Assembly: GCF_009914755.1 (NCBI RefSeq)
Contig: NC_060925.1
Origin: the human T2T-CHM13v2.0 reference genome, Homo sapiens
Strand: one strand, 5' to 3'
DNA length: 64,000 nt
Part shown: in pieces, positions 1 through 29,547 of the stretch
Layout: each line of letters starts with the position of its first letter
How positions within the stretch are numbered: position 1 is the stretch's first letter
The notes under the pieces: generated by a model
Database searches by the model: none
The model's input: only the letters and a program-made list of their open reading frames with translations
Told to the model about the DNA's origin: nothing
Position numbers and translations under genes: made by a program

Positions 1-188
1 GGTCAGTGTGTGTATGTGTGTGCATGTGTGTGCCTCCATGTATTCCTGCAGTGACTGGTCATAGACCCCACCAGTGTGTGTCAGGGACAGGGTGGTGTGG
101 TAGGAAGGATGCAGACGTTGCCACATGCAACACCCAGGTTCACAAACCAGCTCTGTAGCTTTGGGGCTACGTAAGTGTGGATAGTTAG

Positions 189-516
<328 letters not shown>

Positions 517-1652
517 TGAGAGAAGGGGAAAGGAAAACTTATCTTACATGGCATTTTGCTAGTTGAATCAGGGCATGGATAGAAAATATCTGTCACAAGG
601 TCTTGGCACACGGCAAACACTCAAATGGTGGCTTCTGTCATTTTTGTGCGTGTTGGTATCACGGTGAATATGTCCATGGGTTTGGGTTGGCCAATGATTG
701 TTCCATGTCTCTCTCACTAAGCAAACCTTGATCCGCAGCCACCTATTTGTATCTCTTTTCTGTATTTAAAAGGAATTGTATGAAAGCCTCACTGGTGAGT
801 CTTCTTAGCTTGATGTTGGTGAGGCTAGAAGGAGAAGGTTTAGGGAAATGCATGCTAATACCCTTCACGTACTGAGGCAGGGCCGGCATCTCCCCTTGAG
901 AGTAGAGGTGGGCAGTGCTGGGTGGGAAAGGCTTTCATTCCAAATTCTCATACTTGTCTGTGCTTTTAAAATTTTATTATATTTATTTAGTTTTAGAGAC
1001 AAGGTCTTGCTCTGTCACCCAAGCTGGAATGCAATGGTGCCATCATGGCTCACTGTAGTTTGTGCCATCAAACTCCTGGGCTCAAGTGATCCTCCTTCCT
1101 CAGCCTCCCAAGTAGTGGGGACTACAGGCACACACCACCACCAGGCTGGCTAATTTGTGCTTATTTTTATAGAAAGAATGTCTCCTAGTTTTCAGCTCCA
1201 GATTTCCCTGTCTCTAAGTTAGTTCAGCAAATATTTACTAATATTCACCATAATACTTAGAGCTGCCATTTAGTGAACACTGAAAAACACTTTCCATACC
1301 CCACTTCTCACTCTCAGCTCCCTTAGGGAAAGGGAGAGGCAGTTCGTTTTACAGATGAGCAAATGAAGCTGGGAGAAATTCAGTTACTCATTCCAGCCCT
1401 TGCACGGCGAAGGAGAGAAGACCCAGACACTTTATCTGAGGAAGGTAAAAGGATATGAGAAAGAACAAGAAATAGTCTCCATCCTCAAGGACCTGACAAT
1501 GAAATGTAGCATTAATGGCAGACAAAGCAGTGGACACATGCCTTGGTGATGTTTCTTTGCAGGGAGCTGCTGTGGGAGGGTAGGGGACAGAATCTCTATT
1601 TCAGTATGAGTAGGAGTCTTCCTTGGGGGGCGACTGGGGACTGGGCTGTGTC

Positions 1653-1943
1653 TTTTTTTTGAGATGGACTCTCACTCTGTCACCCAGGCTGGAGTGCAGT
1701 GGCGCAATCTTGGCTCACTACAACCTCCACCTCCTGGAGGTTTAAGCGATTCTTCTGCCTCAGCCTCCCAAGTAGCTGGGACTATAGGCGTGCACCACCA
1801 CAAGCGGCTAGTTTTTGTATTTTTAGTAGAGATGTGGTTTCACCATGTTGGCCAGGGTGGCCTCAAACTTCTGACCTCAAGTAATCTGCCCACCTCAGCC
1901 TCCCAAAGTGCTGGGATTACAGGCATGAGTCACCGTGCCTGGC
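1653..1943 (-). mobile_element. AluS with TSD ctgggc(t/c)gtgtct
   Basis: Antisense Alu flanked by the TSD at ~1641 and ~1944. Confidence 0.9.
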
Positions 1944-3013
1944 CTGGGCCGTGTCTTGAAGGCTACGCTCTTTTTCTTGGGGAGCAATAGGGCATGGCTA
2001 GCCTGGGCCTGTTTCAGGTGTTGGGAGACAGGAAGCCCAGGCAGGGAGACAGAGTGGCAGGAGTGGGGAGGTCAGGCAGAGCCACACGGGGTTCCTGGTG
2101 GGAGCTTGAGTCTGGGAGTCCGGAGGGTCTGGTCTTTGGAAGGAGGGGTAGACAAGAGCTAGGGAGGGTTAGGCAGGGCCCCGGATTAAGGGAGCACAGA
2201 GAAGGGAGAGGCAGAGCCCACCTTATAGATTAACAGGGCCAGGCCACAGAGGCCATTCTGACCCTGTGAAGCCCCCGGGGCAGGCCACTGCCACCAGAGC
2301 CCTGAGCTGGAATGCAGATGGCCTGACCCTAGTGGGTGTGTTTCAAGGTGGGTGCTGACCCCTGCTTCCATCAGAGCTGGGAGAGCAGGAAAGCCGCAGC
2401 CCATAGATAAGGACTCTCTGGAGAGACCTTGGGCAGGGACTGGGGAGGCCAATGCCTGGGGCAGCCAGCCCAGAGGCAGCAAAGACCAAATATGATGGGG
2501 GAAGAGGGAGTGCCCTGCTGTCACAGCAGTTTGGCAGAGGGTGGTGTGAGTAGCTGAGACGCTGGAAACAGAGGGTAGAACCAGCGAGTGAAGGGCTTTC
2601 ACTACTGGATATTGCAGTGTCGACAGGGGGAAATGATTGTTTTTTGAGCCCCAGAATCATATGATCAAACCTATAGTCTGTCGTGCTCACTAGAACATGA
2701 GCTTCCCAAGGCAAGGAGTTCGTCTAGTATTCCCTGTGTACTCCCAGCACTGAGCCCAGCATCAGTCACTTAGTAGGTGCCACGTTGATATTTAATAGAT
2801 GTGTTTCATAGATATGTACAGCCACAATATATACAATGTTTATGGATATATATAATATATATGTTATGTAGTAAACATTTTAAAACTTTGATAAGAATAC
2901 ACACTAATGGTCAAGGGAGTGGTTACTTTGGGGAAGAGAGGAAATAGGATTGAGATAGAATACAAAAGGGATTTCAGCTATGTCTGATTTTTTTTCTTAT
3001 AAAGAAGATCTGG

Positions 3014-3885
<872 letters not shown>

Positions 3886-4231
3886 AAAAACTGAAGAAAA
3901 CATGACTGTAAACATTTGCTAAATGTGAATGGTCAGTACGTGGGCTCCTGTAATATTTGTCTTCATAATTTAAAAAACATTTCTTACTTTTAAAAAGAAA
4001 ATAAATTTATACACCATTTTTTAAAATGTCCAGAATCTCTCTTTCTCCAGTAGATGGCTGTGTTGAGGCCTATGGCTTCTTAAGATTACAAACAAGCCTA
4101 GGCAATTCTCTCAATGTAGACCCTTCGTGGGCTTCCAAATTGTCAGCAGCTGGAGTAAAAGTGCCACTCGGAAATAATGAAGCCAAGCTTGGCTTGCTTC
4201 CTTATATTCTTGACCCCTATAGTTCAGAGCG

Positions 4232-4646
<415 letters not shown>

Positions 4647-5790
4647 TAGGTCCTGGCTCACCCCTCAAATGTAACATTGTAGCCTTGTGCATTTTGATTC
4701 TTAGTGGCCTCAGGGTAAAAAAATACATTGTACACTCAGAGAGTGTTTGAGTCCAAGCTCCACCTCCTACTTGTATGACCGGTTGATTCACTCAACCACC
4801 TTGAGTCCCAGCTTGCTCAGTAGGAGGGTGTAGATGACAGCCACTTCTCAGTGCCTGAGAGGATTAAATCGATAATATAGTGTGTGAAGTCTCCTGAGAC
4901 AGAGCCTGGTACATGGTAGATTCCCAAACTGCATTAACTCTCTTCCGATTGAAGGCTTTGTGCAACCCAGCCTTTGTTCTCTTTCCCCTTACGCCCCAAC
5001 CATGCCCATTTTTCAAGGCATATTCAACTGTATCTCTTCCATGAAATTGTTCCTCATAGCCCAATGGCTCATGTCACTGACTGCTTCATAATCATAATTC
5101 AAAATCAGCCAGGCTTGGTGGCACATGCCTGTAGTCCCAGCTACTCAGGAAGCTGAGGTGGGAAGATCACCTGAGCCCAAGGAGGTCGAGGCTGCAGAGA
5201 GCCGTGATTGCACCACTGCATTCCAGCCTGGGCGACAGGGCAAGACCTTTATGTAAAAAAAAATTTTTTTAAATCATAGTTAATTTTTCATCTGTTTATT
5301 TATTTATTTATTTTTGCCTCCTCATATAGTAAAGCCTTTGAAAGTAGGAATGCCAGTTCAAGTGTCACTGCAGCGTGGAGAAAAGCCCACTGGAGTGGGA
5401 GGTTGACATCTTTGGTTAAATTCTGTTAGGTCAACTTGGGACTCCAGGTAGCTTTGGGGACTTTGATTTCACCAGTAAAATGGCAACAGTAACTCACCTC
5501 ACATAGTTTCGAGAGATTGATCCAGATATTTGAAGGAGTTGAGTAAATATGGTTGAATAAATTTAAGCAGTTTAGAAAAACAAAGTTCCTTACAAATGTC
5601 GGGTATTAGTATTAAATCCCCACCCACGGTATCTAATAATGGGTTTTGCATTTACTTGCTGCCAAGAGAAACTGCATGCTTGAATATTCTACAGTCATCC
5701 AGATAAAGACCAAAAGAGGCATCAAGTAGCAATAATAAGGATTTATCTAATTTTAAACAAAATATCTTCTTCTTTCTCATCAGGATCGAG

Positions 5791-5872
5791 ATGACCACAG
5801 CCACCCCTCTGGGGGATACCACCTTCTTCTCACTGAACATGACCACCAGGGGAGAAGACTTCCTGTATAAGA
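5791..5872 (+). CDS. NCMAP: NCMAP first coding exon (MTTATPLGDTTFFSLNMTTRGEDFLYK+A); exon starts at 5784
   Basis: Acceptor tctttctcatcag ends at 5783, ATG at 5791, donor A|gtaagg at 5873. Translation matches the NCMAP/MP11 N-terminus and includes the N-glycosylation sequon NMT. Confidence 0.96.
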
Positions 5873-5924
5873 GTAAGGTCAAATTCGCTTAGAGGCTGGG
5901 GGAAGGATGGCAGGACCAGTGTCA

Positions 5925-6335
5925 TGGTCATAGTGCAGAGGTTAAGAGTGTGGGCTCTGGAGGTGGACTGCCTGGGTCTCAGGCCCAGTTCTGCCACGTG
6001 CCAACTGCAGCATTAATGACAGACAAAGCAATGGACATATGCCTCGGTGGTGTTTCTTTGCAGGGCACTGCTGTGGAAGGGTAGGGGACAGAACCGCTAT
6101 TTCTGTCTGAGTGGGAGTCTTCCAGGGAAGGGCAAATGGGGACTGGACTGTGTCTTTTTTTTTTTTTTTTTTTTTGAGATGGAGCACATGTCTTTACTGC
6201 TCTGTACCTCAGTTTCCTCATCTATACAATGGGGATATTAAAGAAGCTACCACATAAGGCAGTTGTGATGACTAAAGGGGATAATCCAGGTTGACAGTTT
6301 AGCACAGCCTCTGGTAACATACTAAGTACCTAATG
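5925..6335 (+). mobile_element. MIR interrupted by a 175-bp templated insertion
   Basis: MIR hallmarks ggttaagagtgtgggctctggag, cctcagtttcctcatctatacaatgggg and gcacagcctctggtaacatac. Confidence 0.75.
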
Positions 6336-6359
6336 ATGATGATTATTTTTATTACTATT

Positions 6360-8483
<2,124 letters not shown>

Positions 8484-8994
8484 GAACTAAAGTCTCCCCA
8501 AGAAGGAAAAAAACCTAAGTTGCCCCATGATGGATTTCCCGCCCTCTCTGCTTCTTCCCTTCCAGTGTTTCTTCCTATGAATATTTGCACACGGTTGTTT
8601 GCTTTTAAGTAAACTTTTTATAAGGCATTACTTACATTCAAAATGTGCATAAATCATAAGTGCCCAGCTGGGTGAATTGCCACAAAGTGAACATACCTGC
8701 GCAACCAGTCCCCAAATCAAAAAAGAGAGCCACCACCAGTATCCTAGAGGTCGTGGTTCCCCTTCTAATCACCATCCTCCACCCCCCCAAGGGGACCTGC
8801 TATTCTGACTTTTACCACCATCGATTAGTTCTGCTTGGTTTTGAACTTTATATAAATGGCCTATAGGTATACCATATGCACTCCTTCGTATCTGGCTTCT
8901 TTTGCTCTACATTATGCTTGTATGCACATATTTTAATGGTTGTAACATATACTATATAAATATATATTGGGTGGATGTATGTAATCTCTTCTAT

Positions 8995-10877
<1,883 letters not shown>

Positions 10878-11326
10878 TGAATGTACATATGCAGACGATC
10901 AGCAGTTGTTGGGCCAGTGAGTTCTTCAACGACCCCCTCTTTTTTGCACATATTTATATTTTCAAAATTATTTTCTACAAAAATCACATGCTACTTTTGC
11001 ATTATCAAAAGGAGGGGAGGGTATGTTGTTTGTTTGTTTCCCAGAAGTTTGAGGCATGCTGGAGCTGATAAGAACCAGGACTTTGCCTAAGGCAGAGTTT
11101 TGGCAGATGATGTGCTAAGGACAGGGTCCTTCAAGCGCAGCTCGGGGCAGGGGTGCACAGCCACTCCAGATGTGACTGTCCTGGGGTCAACTGGGAGTGT
11201 CCCAGGATGTTGCCTTCTCTCCTGCCTCCCTTGACCTAGTGAGGATGTCAGGTGCCACAGCAGGGCGCCCTCCTGGTCTGCGTTCAGTTTGCACATTCAC
11301 GGTCTCTGCTTCTCTCCTTTCTGTAG

Positions 11327-11411
11327 GTTCTGGAGCCATTGTTGCTGCCGTTGTGGTGGTTGTCATCATCATCTTCACCGTGGTTCTGATCCTGCTGAAG
11401 ATGTACAACAG
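11327..11411 (+). CDS. NCMAP: NCMAP second coding exon, transmembrane helix (SSGAIVAAVVVVVIIIFTVVLILLKMYNR)
   Basis: Acceptor ctctcctttctgtag|, donor AG|gtacgg. Phase 1 in and phase 2 out keep the frame. Hydrophobic ~22-aa stretch followed by basic residues. Confidence 0.97.
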
Positions 11412-12010
11412 GTACGGATGCCCTGGGCTTTGGAACTGCCTGGACGGTCCCTTCAGCGACATCAGAATAAATGGGAGGTGATATATGGGTGTCCGTCGTG
11501 TGCCTGGCAGTATCCCTCAGCCTTTAGTAAATGCTCTAACCCTTGGGGATCCTTTTTGCAGTCTGTTCTGTTGAAGGAATTTCAAAGTGACTATTTTTGT
11601 ACTTGGAGAAATATTTTTTAAATGTAATAATGATAATGACAATGATAATGGTCTTGAGCACTGTGGTAAACATTTGTTTGTAATTTACAGATAATAGAGG
11701 AATGTTCAGACCTCTTCTCTCAGAGATCTCTCTTCTAGGTTGTATGAGCTGGCCACATAAGTATTTGAGATGACAAATACTGGAAGCATGTACCCTGACT
11801 CTGCTTTCTGGAGACGTATAAGGGGAAATAAAAGAATATAATTTGATCATACAAAAAATAAATTTTATATGTTATCACCTTATGTGTAATTACCTTCAGT
11901 CACAACCTTGATGGAAGGTAATTCTTTTCAGGGAAGAAATCAAAATTAAAAAACTATAAATAAAACATATCATAGAAGACCTAGAAGCCATTTCTTTAAA
12001 AAGGTATCGT

Positions 12011-13557
<1,547 letters not shown>

Positions 13558-14248
13558 TCATCTAACAACCGCACAAGGTGGGTACTACTATTATCCTCAA
13601 TTTTGTAGGTATAGAAACAGATACAGAAAGACTAAATCATATGCCCAAGGTTGTTCAGCCCTAATTAGCACAGTTGGGATTCAAACCTAGTTCATCTGGT
13701 TTCAAAGAAAATACTCCCACAATTACATGTAATAATAATAATAACATTAAAAAGTTATTTAAAAAAAAATTTAGGATATTACAATTTGGGTCTATCCCAA
13801 ACCAGGAGTGGCATCAAACCCCAATGTCTACTCTTTATTTCTCTCCATTGTTGCTGGAGCTCTGAACCTCTTTTTTAGGTCGTAATCTGAATGGAGAATC
13901 CACTCAACCCACCCTGTTTGCACTGATGCCTGAGCTGGGAAGTGAGAAACCTGGGTTCAGTAGTCTTTGGTTTGTCAAAATCAAGCAAGTTATTTAACCT
14001 CCTCCTGCCTGTATGTTGTCATGTTTAAAATGAAGAGTCTCAAAGCTTGATAATTGCATTATAGATACATTGCAGAATGTCTTTGTTCTTAGGAGTATTT
14101 AGGAGTGCAGTGGCATGATGCCTGCAACTCACAAATGGTTCACGGTTCTAAAAAACTGTGTGTGACAATAGAGAAAGAGAAAGTAATAGAGAGAAAAAAA
14201 GCAGATGTGGCAAATTGTTAGTAATTAGTCAATTGTTCTGTGAAGGGC

Positions 14249-15532
<1,284 letters not shown>

Positions 15533-15986
15533 TCATTATTGAATTTTACGGCATATTAAATGAAGCCAAGATAAATGTTTTCAGTACATTCTCTTTTCAA
15601 TTATGTAAAAAGTTCTTAAATATTTCTAGCAATAAACTTAGCAAGCATAATGAGGCTGGAAAATGTAATACATGCTACAACTTTGAACATAAAAAATGTA
15701 ATATCTTTATTTTTATCTTTTATATAGCCACCTCTGACATCTTACTCATTCCTTAATAGAAACAAATAAAATTAAATATCTGATCTAAGTGAAAAAATTG
15801 AAGGGCAGACTAGCTGATGCCTAAGGTCACTTCCAGTTGTAAAATTCTGTGGTGGCAAGTAAGCAATGTGATTTAATGTCTACATTAATCTACATTAATC
15901 TGTTGGCCAGAACTGTAGTCGCAGAGCCCATTCCCCGCGGCATACCAGGGGAAAGACTCAACCATGTGCACATTATCTCCCTACAG

Positions 15987-16128
15987 GAAAATGAGGACGA
16001 GGCGGGAACTAGAGCCCAAGGGCCCCAAGCCAACCGCCCCTTCTGCCGTGGGCCCAAACAGCAACGGCAGCCAACACCCAGCAACTGTGACCTTCAGTCC
16101 TGTTGACGTCCAGGTGGAGACGCGATGA
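15987..16128 (+). CDS. NCMAP: NCMAP last coding exon, cytoplasmic tail (KMRTRRELEPKGPKPTAPSAVGPNSNGSQHPATVTFSPVDVQVETR*)
   Basis: Acceptor tatctccctacag|, TGA at 16126-16128. Exon lengths 82+85+142=309 nt give 102 aa plus stop. Confidence 0.96.
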
Positions 16129-17351
16129 CCTCTACCCTGGCGCTATCTCCACCACTGTCCAAAGAGCCTCTCCAGAGTCAAGACCCAGAGGCACACTCTC
16201 TGGCAGCTTCACAATGAGCTTCTTCTGGTCAGGTCGACAGAGACATCTTTGACGCAATCTCTGATGCTTCCAGCAATCCTCAACCTTGTCTGCCCTGCCC
16301 TACCCCAACTGTGTCCACATCCCTGCCGCCACCCCACCAAAAAGCTGCAGAACATTCTTTTGTCATCTGATGAGGTAGAGCTATGTTGGGAATCCACCAA
16401 TGTGGGCTTGGCTTTCCCCCACACTGTAGTTAGACAGATAGACAGATAGCCCAGGAGCCAGGTGTCAGGGAGCACTGCTGAGAGTATCACAATAGGATCT
16501 GTCACGGGGTTCATATCAGATGAAGCGCCGTATCCACTGCTTCACAGAGCAAAACATTCAATCCCATAACCAGGCACAGGGGAACTAACTTGGACTAACT
16601 AACCAGAAAACCTTGTTAACGTGTAACTTGTTCCAGTACTACATCTCTGCCTGCTGGCTCATGACAATTGCTCAGCACATTTTCCCCTCTTGAAGAAAGG
16701 TTGCAAGAAGAACTAAATTATCCTCAAAAGATTTCTGCTTCATTAGTAAAGAGTCAGTGATGGAATAGGGTGACTCTGCAGAATAGTGGCCTCTAGGGTA
16801 GGAGCTTGTTGTGTTGTCCGTGGGCCTGGAACGATCCTGGTGGCTGATCAGGGTCCTTCTCCCACTCTGGGCTGTATCAACCCTGACGGTCTTGGTCTTT
16901 GGCTCCCCTTTATCTGGATTCTGAGCACGCTGACTGTCCTGTTAATGCCTTCCCTCCAAGGACCAGTATTTGGAGATTAATTAGATTACAACTCTATCTA
17001 TGTTACCTTTGTCCTTCCTGGTCACCTTGCAGATTCAAGACATGTTCAAAGCAACACATTCACAACCCATTTCTATTCTATAGTAACCTCGTCTGTGACT
17101 CCTTAGCCTGGAGAACAATCTACCAAGAAGAGAAAGTATCTGGAATTAAGAAGTCCTACCATCCAAGCCCTACTTCCTGGTTGTGTGGCCTTGGAAAAGT
17201 GACTCAACCTCTTTATATTCAGTTTCCTAACCATGAAGTGGAAATGATAACACCTGCCTCATTGGGGCACTATAACAAGTGAAGGACTTAGGAAAACATC
17301 TGGAGTATAGCGCCTGGCACCCAGGAGATGCTTAATAAATGGGAACCAGGA

Positions 17352-17681
17352 TTCTTTTTCTTTTCTTTTTTCTTTTCTTTTTTTTTTTTTTTTGAGACAG
17401 AGCCTCAATCTGTCACCTGGGCTGGAGTGCAGTGGCACGCTCACAGCTCGCTGCAGCCTTGAACTCCTGGGCTCAAGGGATGCTCCCTCCTCAGCCTCCA
17501 GAGTAGCTGGGACTACAGGTATGTGTCACCTCACCAGGCTAATTTTTTTATTTTTTATTTTTGTAGAGATGGGGTCTCGCTGTGTTGCCCAGGCTGGTCT
17601 TGAACCCCTGGCCTCAAGTGATCCTTCTGCTTTGGCCTCCCAAAGTACTGGGATTACAGGCATGGACTATGGTGCCCAGCC
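17352..17681 (-). mobile_element. AluJ, antisense, in the NCMAP 3'UTR
   Basis: T-tail followed by antisense Alu consensus. Confidence 0.9.
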
Positions 17682-17704
17682 TAGGAGCCAACATTATTAT
17701 TATT

Positions 17705-17872
17705 ATAGGCTTTTTTTTCAATTGCAAGATAGACATTTCTTCACATTTTAATGATTCTGAAATCAGAACATATCTTGCAATTGATGGGTTCATTAATATA
17801 ATTGTAGTTCTTTACTTCCTCTCAAAAACTTGTGATCTTATAATTGATGGCATCTTGGAAACAAGGTAAATA
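17705..17872. mobile_element. MER104-like Tc2 DNA transposon remnant
   Basis: cacattttaatgattctgaaatcagaacatatcttgcaattgatgg...gatggcatcttgg resembles MER104. Confidence 0.5.
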
Positions 17873-17964
17873 AATCTCTATTCTGTTAAAGAAAGTGACA
17901 CACTTTGACATTTAACCTCAAATTTTAGGAGTCTCTCCCTCTTGGGGTCAGAAATCCCTTCTGA

Positions 17965-18262
<298 letters not shown>

Positions 18263-18997
18263 TTATGAGGGGAAATCAAGAGTCAGGGAGGTAAGAGGTC
18301 TTACCCAGGGTCACACAGCTCATGATATCCCACTGTAAAAATACTCTGTGGAATAGCTCTGGAGAAATACTGGCACATTCTTCCTCTCTGGTCATTATTT
18401 CTTCCTACTGTGTTTAAATATCCACCAAGTGTCAAGGACTTTGTAAGATGCTTTCACATAAATTATCTCATAGGATTAAATTTTCCCAAAAACCTGGGGA
18501 GGAATTATTTTTTCCAAAACAGATGATAATTTCTGATTCAAAGAGAAAGAAAACAAAGTACTTTTCCAAAGTCACACAGCTAGTAAGTCACAAAGACAAG
18601 ACTCAAAACCAGGTCTCTTGACTCCAAAGTCTGTCTTTTTTGTGAAGTCACACTCCTCTGCTGGCCCAGCTCAAAGCAGCACAGATTCTTTATGGGCTGA
18701 ACAAGGGGAGTACGGGTTTGTCCATGTGTTTGAGTAGAGATCAGGGTTCTGGCTTCCAGGCTGAAGGTGAGGGAAAAGCCACTTCTAACTCCTTTGGGCA
18801 TCCATGCTCACGGCCAAAAGAGCCCCTTCTCAACACATCCAAGTGCTAAGGATTCCTGCTTCATTCAAGCTACTACTTAGGCCCAAGGAGCAAGGGGTAG
18901 AATGGCATCTAACCAGAGCAAAGCCATTTCTTTGAGGGCTCAAGCCATAAACAAATATGCTCCCCTAAACATATTCGGCTTGAAAAAGTTGTTTTGG

Positions 18998-19360
<363 letters not shown>

Positions 19361-19419
19361 CTAAATGAAGGCTTGGAGTTGGAGGGAAGAAGGGGAGATG
19401 GAGTGGTGAGGGCGAGTCA

Positions 19420-19730
19420 AATAAAAGGATTTGAGTGTCTCGTTTTTGACTAATGAAGATGATTCAATAAACATCCTGTAAGAAGGGTTCCTATGTGCAA
19501 GTTGAGGTGCTACTAAGTACATTAAGACACAATTGCTGCTCTCAAGGAGTTAGCAGCTGGTCTCATGCAGGGATCTCACCACGTGGTTATGTATTTTGTT
19601 TCTGATGAGGTGCCTTTCTTAGCAGATGCTGCCTTATTTGGCCACTGAAACAATCAAAGCTAATAAATGCTTAAAGAAAAATATCTGACAATAAAAAGGT
19701 TTAAATCAAATGTGTTGAGTTTATTTCAGT
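19420..19730 (+). terminator. NCMAP distal polyadenylation signal cluster
   Basis: AATAAA at 19420, 19466, 19662 and 19690; downstream GU-rich element at ~19711-19730. Confidence 0.7.
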
Positions 19731-19796
19731 TAAGTTTAGAGCTAACAAATACCTTTTCTAAAATTTCCTTTCCCTGACAAAGTAAATAGAGTCCTA

Positions 19797-20120
<324 letters not shown>

Positions 20121-20509
20121 TCAAACATTGTGTCATTTGCTTCATCACTTTTAAAGACTGAAGATGGGCTGGCTGTCAACAGACATTTCTGTGAGTTAGA
20201 AAACTTGTTAACTTGCTCAGATATGACAAAAGAAATCCCACTTCACAGCCTGTAGTTAGAACACAAGAGGCACTGAGATGCCAAGGATGGGGACTGCTGG
20301 AATTGTTGGAGACCTTAGAATGAACCCTAAAACACCAGTAATGATGTTTACCATAAATGAAGCTCCTACTGTGTGCCAGGCAGAGAATAGGCCCTTTATA
20401 ACCATCAGCAACTTTAATCCTTATAACTCCTATCCGTAGGAGCCATCATTATCCTATTTTATGGATCAGGAAACAGGTTCAGCAAGGTAACTTGTCCTTG
20501 AGTGATGCA

Positions 20510-21030
20510 ATGAACATTTGTCATTCTTTTGGTGACTGTTGTCATGTTTGGGAAATACTCTACATTAAGAAGCCAGACTACCTCCTGCTATGAAAGCTGA
20601 AGAGGCCAGATACTTCTTTTGCCAGAATCCCTTGCAGCGAGGGTGAGGGACATGACCTGGACTTCTGCTAATCAGACTGATCAGACACTCCTGCCATGGA
20701 CTTTGGATCTAAAAGTTGGTAACATAAAAGGGCAGGAACTGTGCAGAATCTGTCCTGGTGGCATGTATATGGCACTCTCCATTTCAAGAGGCAGCTATAT
20801 CAGGGATTCTAGTAGCAGTACCTTACTGAGTGTCCATAGGGTTGGCTATGTGAGTGATGCCCACAGCAACAGCAATGGTGCCTGCACCAGACGAGCTCTT
20901 TAGTGTGATTTAGACACACCTGCAGCATACCTCTGAGCCTGGCTTGGGTCTTCTGGAGATTCCAGCAACTACCTGAGCCCCTTATATCAGCAGAATCACT
21001 TCTTGCTGTGTGTAGCTAAGAACTGAACAG
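20510..21030 (+). mobile_element. Old ERVL LTR (LTR33/LTR41-like)
   Basis: tcccttgcagcgaggg...catgacctggacttctgctaatcagac...ggactttgga resembles the LTR33/41 core. Confidence 0.5.
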
Positions 21031-21235
21031 CTGTGGGGAATTTGCTCATGGTCACCCACCTGGGAAGTGGCTCGCGCTAGAACCCAGGACTCCAAAGCTC
21101 TTGTTTTTTCCCTACAGATGCTTCTAGATGAGGCTGAGTCATCCAAGGACTCTACCAAGTGCTGTGGAATCTTGGAGAAAGTAGAGTTGTCTCCAACTGT
21201 AGGTATCCAGAGACTTTGTGACTTGGTGAATGTTA

Positions 21236-21526
<291 letters not shown>

Positions 21527-21539
21527 TTAGGATGCTTCT

Positions 21540-27565
<6,026 letters not shown>

Positions 27566-27905
27566 TGTAGAAATTTTATTGATAGGAATTGTGGCAAAGA
27601 GAGGTCAGGTGGGATAAATAAAGGCAAGAGTAAAACTTTGAAGTCAAGGAAAAACATTCAGTTCATTTGTTCCTCCTTTCTTATTATTATTTTTTTTTTT
27701 TTAAGAAATGGGATCTTGCTATGATGCCTTCAAACTCCTGAGCTCAAGCAATCCTCCTGCCTGAGTAGCTGGGACTACAGGGGTGCCGCTGTGGCCAGCA
27801 TCTTTCTTGCTTACTTTTATAAGCGCATACCAGTCATTGGAGTTAATACGATGAGCAAGATAAACATGGTCCCTGACTTACCTGTGGTCCTCACAACTTA
27901 TCCCC

Positions 27906-28269
27906 TGTATTAAGTCTGTTCTCACACTGCTAATAAAGACATACCTGAGACTGGGTAATTTATAAAGGAAAGAGATTTAATTGACTCACAGTTCCACATG
28001 GCTGGGGAGGCCTCACAATCCTGGTGGAAGGAGAATGAGAAACAAAGTCATGTCTTACATGGCAGCAGGCAAGAGAGTGTGTGCAGGGGAACTCTCCTCT
28101 ATAAAACCATCAGATCTCATGAGACTTATTCACTATCATGAGAACAGAATGGGAAAAACCAGTGCCCATAATTCAATTACCTCCCACTGGATCTCTCCCA
28201 CAACACATGGGAATTATGGGAGCTACAGTTCAAGATGAGATTTGGGTAGGGACACAGCAAACCATATCA
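27906..28269 (-). mobile_element. THE1 (B/C-like) solo LTR
   Basis: tgtattaagtctgttctcacactgctaataaagacatacctgagactggg...gggacacagcaaaccatatca; 5-bp TSD tcccc/tcctc. Confidence 0.9.
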
Positions 28270-28471
28270 TCCTCTACCAGAGAAGACAGACAATTAAACA
28301 AACAACCACAATATAGAACAATTTCTTTTGCAATAGGGGAAGTTCAAGGTGTTATATACACCTCTTGCTGAAGCACCTAGCTCAGTCTGGAGGTTCATAG
28401 ATTGGGAGTGGGAATCAGGAAGGGCTCCCCAGAATAAATAACATATAAACTAAGAGTAAAAGATTGAGTAG

Positions 28472-29547
<1,076 letters not shown>

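Noticed and set aside
11197-11481. 94-aa single-exon ORF with a transmembrane segment
   Set aside because: It is the NCMAP internal exon read through its splice sites.
28169-28179. DUX4-type site in the THE1 LTR
   Set aside because: Reads taattcaatta, which deviates from the canonical site; no evidence of activity.
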